A stretch of 64,000 nucleotides of DNA, from contig CAVSTP010000002.1 of the NCBI GenBank assembly GCA_963730935.1, forward strand, positions 224,001 through 288,000, in the 5' to 3' direction. Position 1 is the stretch's first letter; the number at the start of each line of letters is the position of its first letter. Source of the DNA: an uncultured Nitrospiraceae bacterium. Its GTDB lineage: Bacteria; Nitrospirota; Nitrospiria; Nitrospirales; Nitrospiraceae. Positions 59,160 to 64,000 of this stretch are shown here, piece by piece. The notes under the pieces were generated by a model that was given only the letters and a program-made list of their open reading frames with translations, was not told where the DNA came from and did not search any database. The translations under genes and the position numbers were made by a program.

Positions 59160-60212
59160 TCAGGGCGACTTCTCTTGCTTGAAGCAGCGGGAGGGACAGG
59201 TTTGACGAGGGACCTTGATCTGATATGTACCGTGCGGCAAGAAATCTTTCTTGAACTCAGGGTTCAGTAATTTCAGTTCCAGGAAGTAGGTACCGAACTC
59301 CTCGGCGATGGAGGTGAGGGCGCGCTGGGACTCCTTGATGTTCACGGTGATCGTTTCTGTTTCGAGGGGAATATACAGATCCTTTTTGCTCAACCCCAAA
59401 TATTTTTCCGGCTGGCTATAGATCTCCTTGGCGGCAATGATGCGGGGCACGTAGCGCATGGTTTCCCGCGGCCCGTGCATTTTCCAATAATCGGTAATCT
59501 TCTGCTCCTTGAGCAGCTTGCGGATGCGCTCTTCGCCGGCATTGTAAGATGCCATGGCCATGAACCAGTCGTTGCTCTGAAAATCCTTGAGATACTTGAG
59601 GTACTTCACAGCCGCTTCCGTGGACATCTCCAGGTTCCGGCGCTCATCGCGCACGGCGTCACTTTTCAATCGATAGCGCCGACCTGTGGAAGGGATGAAC
59701 TGCCAGGGTCCCGACGCCTTGGCTCTGGAGTAGGCGGCGGAAATACATTTACTTTCTACGAGCAGCATATACTTGAGATCGTCAGGCAATCCGGCCTCCG
59801 CCAGTTGGCGCTCCGCCGGGGGAAAGCAGCGGCCCGTGCGTTTCGCCAAAATGATGCTTTCTCCCTGATCTTCCAGAAATTGATAAAACTCGTATTCAAT
59901 CCGTTCGCGAACCTGCCAGTTGTCGAGCGGCACGGGTTGCCCTGCGAACGTCAGCTTCTCCGGAAGCTTGAAGGAACTGAGGTAATAGCGCTCGCCGTCG
60001 CGTTTGATCTCAGGAAGGATCACGAGGCGGTCTTCAGGCTCGTTCGGGTTGTCCAGCGGGTCGGGAAGCGCAAGGTCCCGTTCCGTTTCACCGTTGGCGC
60101 CCGCTGCGGCAGGAGATTCTTTTGAAACGGCGTCCGGTTGCGGCTGAGCCTTTGCGGACATCGGAACCGTCATCGCCAACACCGCCGCGAGTAACACGCG
60201 CAGCATGCCCAT
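59160..60212 (-). CDS. Lytic transglycosylase (SLT/MltD-like)
   Basis: SD GGAGG, signal peptide, catalytic VES, A.GPWQF...T, ASYNAGE, ET..YVP. Confidence 0.88.
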   Translation of the reverse strand: MGMLRVLLAAVLAMTVPMSAKAQPQPDAVSKESPAAAGANGETERDLALPDPLDNPNEPEDRLVILPEIKRDGERYYLSSFKLPEKLTFAGQPVPLDNWQVRERIEYEFYQFLEDQGESIILAKRTGRCFPPAERQLAEAGLPDDLKYMLLVESKCISAAYSRAKASGPWQFIPSTGRRYRLKSDAVRDERRNLEMSTEAAVKYLKYLKDFQSNDWFMAMASYNAGEERIRKLLKEQKITDYWKMHGPRETMRYVPRIIAAKEIYSQPEKYLGLSKKDLYIPLETETITVNIKESQRALTSIAEEFGTYFLELKLLNPEFKKDFLPHGTYQIKVPRQTCPSRCFKQEKSP

Positions 60213-60323
60213 CGTTCCTCCCAGTTGAACGGACTTTTTCATCCTCACCGTCGTCATGCTAGCAGCAAGCGATGACTCCGGCAAGCAGGATCGCCTTTCA
60301 GAAACGTGTTACACTTCTGCGCG

Positions 60324-61103
60324 ATGAAATCCCTCACGGTCCTCAATCAATGCATCACTTCGTGTACCGCCTGTCCGCGTCTGGTGACGTACCGGCAAAC
60401 GGTCGCAAAGGAAAAACGCCGGCAATATCAGGACTGGATCTATTGGGGTCGTCCAGTCCCTGGATTCGGCGATCCGGCCGCGCGCCTTTACATTCTCGGC
60501 TTGGCGCCGGCTGCGCATGGTGGCAATCGAACGGGGCGCATCTTCACCGGTGATCGGAGCGGGGACTGGCTCTACGAGGCGCTGTACCACTTTGGATTTG
60601 CGAACCAGGCAACCTCTCAGCATAAAGACGACGGCCTGGTCTTGTCGGATTGCTACATCGGAGCGACGGTGCGTTGTGCCCCGCCAGACAACAAACCGTC
60701 ACTTGAGGAGTTCGAACGATGTCGCCCCTACCTGAGGGATGAACTGAGGCTCCTAAAGAACATGCGGGTCGTCGTCAGCCTGGGGAAGATCGCTTTTGAT
60801 CATTACCTCAAGGCCTGCCGCGAAGAAGAACGCGTGATTCCTTCACCGCTTCCGACCTTCGGGCACGGCCAAATTTACGGGCTGCCTTGGGGCGTGACGC
60901 TCATCGGCTCGTACCATCCCAGCCAGCAGAACACGTTCACCGGGAAACTGACCAGACCCATGTTTCACGCCGTGTTCGCCGAAGCCCAAAAGGCTATTCG
61001 CAAGGGAAAGCCGCCGAAACGCGCGGGCCGGCTTCTTCCGGCCCGCGCGAGGCACGTGGTTATTTCTTGTTCTGGGAGTCCCAATCCGCGAGAAACTTCT
61101 TGA
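60324..61103 (+). CDS. Uracil-DNA glycosylase family 5 (UdgB-like, 4Fe-4S)
   Basis: [43 protein letters not shown]. Confidence 0.9.
   Translation: MKSLTVLNQCITSCTACPRLVTYRQTVAKEKRRQYQDWIYWGRPVPGFGDPAARLYILGLAPAAHGGNRTGRIFTGDRSGDWLYEALYHFGFANQATSQHKDDGLVLSDCYIGATVRCAPPDNKPSLEEFERCRPYLRDELRLLKNMRVVVSLGKIAFDHYLKACREEERVIPSPLPTFGHGQIYGLPWGVTLIGSYHPSQQNTFTGKLTRPMFHAVFAEAQKAIRKGKPPKRAGRLLPARARHVVISCSGSPNPRETS
61020..61049 (-). terminator. 12-bp perfect hairpin, probable terminator of the transaldolase gene
   Basis: CGCGCGGGCCGG-CTTCTT-CCGGCCCGCGCG, 10 nt past the tal stop, followed by TTT on the minus strand. Confidence 0.6.
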
Positions 61104-61707
61104 GACCAAGATCGGTCAAGGGATGCTTGACCATCTGCTGGAAGATCGCGAAGGGCATGGTGCAGATGTGCCCGCCGGCCAACGCCGCTTCGACCACATG
61201 TTGGGGATGCCGCACGCTCGCCACGAGGACGTACGTTTTGAAATCATAATTTTTGTAAATCGTGAGGATCTGCCGAATGAGCTCCATGCCGTTTGAGCTG
61301 ATGTCGTCCAGCCTACCAATGAAGGGAGACACGCACCAGGCGCCGGCCTTCGCCGCCAGCAGGGCTTGCGTGGGCGAAAAGCAGAGTGTGACGTTGACCC
61401 TGATGCCTTCAGCGGCCAGGCGTTTCGTGGCCTTGAGCCCTTCCGCGATCAAAGGCACCTTCACGACGATGTTCTTGTGGATCTTGGCAAGTTCGCGCCC
61501 TTCCTTCACCATCGCGTCGGCTTCGATGCTCACCACCTCGGCACTGATTGGTCCGTCGACGATGTTACAAATCTCGACAAGCACTTCCCGGAAGACGCGA
61601 CCTTCTTTCGCCACCAGCGAGGGATTGGTCGTGACGCCATCCAGCAATCCAAGGCTTGCCGCCTCCTGGATTTCTTTTACGCTGGCTGTATCAAGATAGA
61701 ATTTCAT
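61060..61707 (-). CDS. tal: Transaldolase / fructose-6-phosphate aldolase family (TalC type)
   Basis: [39 protein letters not shown]. Confidence 0.92.
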   Translation of the reverse strand: MKFYLDTASVKEIQEAASLGLLDGVTTNPSLVAKEGRVFREVLVEICNIVDGPISAEVVSIEADAMVKEGRELAKIHKNIVVKVPLIAEGLKATKRLAAEGIRVNVTLCFSPTQALLAAKAGAWCVSPFIGRLDDISSNGMELIRQILTIYKNYDFKTYVLVASVRHPQHVVEAALAGGHICTMPFAIFQQMVKHPLTDLGLKKFLADWDSQNKK

Positions 61708-61800
61708 GGTGATGTCCTTTCATGGGTTCAAGGCTCGTGGGGGAAAATGCGATCTCTCATTGTAAAAAGAACCCTGGGCTGATGCAAACAGCTTCTCCGT

Positions 61801-61829
61801 TTGACAGCCAGGGGACCCGCAGTTAGAAT
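61801..61829 (+). promoter_or_regulatory. sigma-70 promoter
   Basis: TTGACA-N17-TAGAAT. Confidence 0.65.
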
Positions 61830-61891
61830 CCAGCCGCGAACGGATCCGCCTCTCAGAAGCGGTGATCCCTTCGAATCGAGGAGACATTCCC

Positions 61892-62203
61892 ATGATGCGA
61901 TCGAGCGTGTGGGTGCTGGCCCTGTGCCTGTTCATTTCTGGCTGCGGAGGCAATCCGTACCTCGAACAGTCACTGAAGCCGGCCGAGTTGCAGGGGAAAG
62001 ACAAGGCCTGGTTTCTCAAGAACTGGGGCGAACCCAGCGGCAAAGCGCCCCGTTTTTTCGGCGGCGAAACCTGGACCTATTATCGTATCGCCGGCGGCAA
62101 GTCGGGCCCGCCGTTCTTCAACTTCTCGCCCAATCAGTGTGAAATTACGCTCAAGTTCGACAAGGAAGAAAAACTCGACGACTACGGTTATTCCGGGTGC
62201 TGA
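61892..62203 (+). CDS. Small lipoprotein (SmpA/OmlA-like fold possible)
   Basis: SD GAGGAG, lipobox ISGC, WGEP...ETWTY...C.ITL.F. Confidence 0.72.
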   Translation: MMRSSVWVLALCLFISGCGGNPYLEQSLKPAELQGKDKAWFLKNWGEPSGKAPRFFGGETWTYYRIAGGKSGPPFFNFSPNQCEITLKFDKEEKLDDYGYSGC

Positions 62204-62214
62204 CCAACCCGCAG

Positions 62215-62445
62215 CTCAATGCTCCCTCCGAGCTTGCTCGTCTCCCCTTTTCCATTTGAGCCAAAGCATCTAAACGGGTGGCGCCGGTCCTGGCGACGTT
62301 CTCACCCACCCAACCAACCGCTTCCGCACGGGCAGGGTGAGGGCGCACGTCGCGATACATAAAGAGCGCGACGTTTGTGTGCGCCGTCGAGTTGATGAGG
62401 TGGCCGGGCCGGATAGGCTGACCGGCGACAGGACCCGCGCTCGCT
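62215..62445. repeat. Degenerate intergenic repeat mosaic
   Basis: TTCTCACCCACCC is the reverse complement of GGGTGGGTGAGAA in the 52.4-kb element. GCGACAGGACCCGC is also present at 10129-10142. Confidence 0.4.
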
Positions 62446-62450
62446 AGCTC

Positions 62451-62699
62451 CTACCCCGTCATCTGCTTTTGGAACGCCGCTGCACAGCCCTGACTGCAGA
62501 AACAATACGTCTGACCTCCGATGACCTCGATCACCGCTGAGCCTCTGGGAACAAACACCCGGCAAACAGGATCCTGCACCATCTGATCCTTGCTCTTCGG
62601 TAGCCGCTCGGGCTGCCGGTTTCCGAATTCCCGAAAGGCGCTGCGGAGAAGGAAATAGAGGACGATAAGTAGGATTAGAATGAAGATGATTCTATACAT
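62451..62699 (-). CDS. Membrane-anchored YHS/TRASH-domain protein
   Basis: N-terminal TM, MVQDPVC...Y.FCS..C...F. Upstream TTGACA-N17-TAGGAT (62726-62754). Confidence 0.82.
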   Translation of the reverse strand: MYRIIFILILLIVLYFLLRSAFREFGNRQPERLPKSKDQMVQDPVCRVFVPRGSAVIEVIGGQTYCFCSQGCAAAFQKQMTG

Positions 62700-62916
62700 A
62701 GTGGATGGACGACCGTGCCGCCACAATCCTATGGGATGGTCGTTATTCTGTCAACAATGCTCCTGACTGATAATTTTTTAAAAACCAACGAGTTGATAGA
62801 ACCCGTCATAGCACAAACGGCCTAGCCTCCTGCCTTTCTTCAGGGCCTAAATCCCATCTTTTCCCCGTACTTCCGATGGATAGGCAGGTTCGAAGGTGAA
62901 TGTTACAGTCACCTTC

Positions 62917-63069
62917 ATGAAGACCTGTGATAAATGTCGCGGAACAATGTTACCGGAGCGGGCAGTGGACTTGGATGCCGGGCTGGCGATCACCGTATTC
63001 GCATGTTTGAACTGTGGTCGTCGGAAGGCAGCGGATCAGGAACCTCGTCCTCTTACGGCTAGATATTGA
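62917..63069 (+). CDS. 50-aa zinc-ribbon microprotein (not in ORF track)
   Basis: Translated by hand: MKTCDKCRGTMLPERAVDLDAGLAITVFACLNCGRRKAADQEPRPLTARY*, with CxxC...CxxCG. Confidence 0.65.
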   Translation: MKTCDKCRGTMLPERAVDLDAGLAITVFACLNCGRRKAADQEPRPLTARY

Positions 63070-63355
63070 CGCGATGACCAATTTCCCTCGTTTCTGACGA
63101 GCATGAAGCCGCCCGTGCGGAGCTGCGGGTTTCATCGGGTGATGCAGCAGTCTGATCCCCCTTCGTTTTGATCCCAACCGCTCCCCGCTTCCTTTTTCAC
63201 CATCGCTGTCCCACGCTAACACGTGACATGCATCTTGCGTGTCTCGGGACAGCAGTCCAACTTGAGTTTCAGCGGTTCGTTCTCTGTTGGATTTTGGTTG
63301 GGGAAGAGAACACACTCCTACAACATAATAAATAAGGGATTTCAAGTTAGCGTAG

Positions 63356-63391
63356 TTGACTGAGCATGTGTCCGGCTATAGCATCCGGACA
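63356..63391 (+). promoter_or_regulatory. sigma-70 promoter with overlapping inverted repeat
   Basis: TTGACT-N17-TAGCAT. TGTCCGG-N9-CCGGACA straddles the -10. Confidence 0.55.
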
Positions 63392-63720
63392 TGCGACGGA
63401 TGGCCATATTTCTCACTTGTTTGCTGCTTGTCCTAACGTTCAATGCTTATGCCTGTCTATTGCCTTTACCTACGCCATCAGGCATGGATTGTTCCTCGGA
63501 TTCCCACGAGCCGGTTCGACAAACTTGCGACGCGTTTCTTGAAATAGGACCGCATTCTGAATTTTCTTCTAACCCTAGCGTTACCGCCCTGCACTTCGAT
63601 TTTGCTGTTCCTGCCCAAATCATCCATGTTGTCTTCTTTGTTTCTCAACCAGACCAGCTCCCACGCAGTCGCGACACCCCGGTTCATTCGTCGATTCAAT
63701 CCACGGTCCTGAGAATTTGA
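63391..63720 (+). CDS. Small exported Cys/His-containing hypothetical protein
   Basis: Signal peptide ending AYA-C, GMDC, TCD, C-terminal VLRI. Confidence 0.6.
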   Translation: MRRMAIFLTCLLLVLTFNAYACLLPLPTPSGMDCSSDSHEPVRQTCDAFLEIGPHSEFSSNPSVTALHFDFAVPAQIIHVVFFVSQPDQLPRSRDTPVHSSIQSTVLRI

Positions 63721-63809
63721 TACCTCCTTCGAGTTTCGATCCTCGAAACTTGGTGCGCCTCCGTGTGCCCTCAGAGCGGCATAGCCCGAGGCGAGAAGGA
63801 GGATTATCA

Positions 63810-64000
63810 ATGAGAAAACCTCGATTCTGCTTGCTGAAGGTCACGAGCTGGTTCTCGCTGGGCTGCGTGCTCTTTTGGAGCGACACTATGATCTGGTCGG
63901 CACTGCGCAGGACGGTCTGTCAGTCCGTCAGAGAGGCTCGGCGATTGCACCCAGATCTCATCCTGATGGATGTCGCCTTGCCACGGATCAGCGGATTGGA
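63810..64000 (+). pseudogene. NarL/FixJ-type response regulator receiver with two compensating frameshifts (runs off window)
   Basis: SD AAGGAGG. MRKPR, then ILLAEGHELVLAGLRALLERHYDLVGTAQDGLSV in the alternative frame (63824-63925), then VREARRLHPDLILMDVALPRISGL back in frame. Confidence 0.75.

Noticed and set aside
62950..63345. 131-aa minus-strand ORF
   Set aside because: No recognisable motif, and it overlaps the better-supported zinc-ribbon ORF on the + strand.
1..64000. CRISPR array, rRNA, tRNA, transposase or integrase genes
   Set aside because: No regularly spaced direct repeats, cloverleafs, rRNA-like tracts or DDE/recombinase ORFs were recognised.

Overview
GC-rich bacterial chromosomal window. 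Gene content and style (DUF3015 lipoprotein, several sigma-54 promoters, palindromic intergenic repeats, small CxxC proteins) suggest Nitrospira/Nitrospirota; this is an inference. Most of it is core or housekeeping: uvrA, ftsK-lolA, rsmA-pdxA, gpsA, truD, dapL-folK-panC, rmuC, transaldolase, UDG and an ABC-2 exporter. I found no rRNA, tRNA, CRISPR array, integrase or transposase. Main points of interest: (1) 13.1-19.7 kb is a co-oriented cluster of a UbiE-like methyltransferase, a cyanobacterial-type B12 radical SAM, a large USP-USP-PCP_red-rubredoxin-PCP_red-PCP_red protein (one frameshift), an AhbD/NirJ-like radical SAM/SPASM enzyme with its own PCP_red tail, and a CopD-like membrane protein. 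This is the best candidate for an undescribed cofactor or redox system. (2) A split, order-reversed ArgZ-like arginine dihydrolase / ornithine cyclodeaminase pair lies next to the nickel-pincer genes larB and larC, with no larA in the window. (3) An operon of a lipoprotein and two patatins. (4) MITE-like intergenic palindromic elements. (5) sigma-54 promoters with candidate enhancers, and several apparently leaderless genes. (6) Lesioned genes and an AT-richer accessory segment at the right end that holds a 50-aa zinc-ribbon ORF missing from the ORF track. All family assignments come from motif recognition, not database searches.
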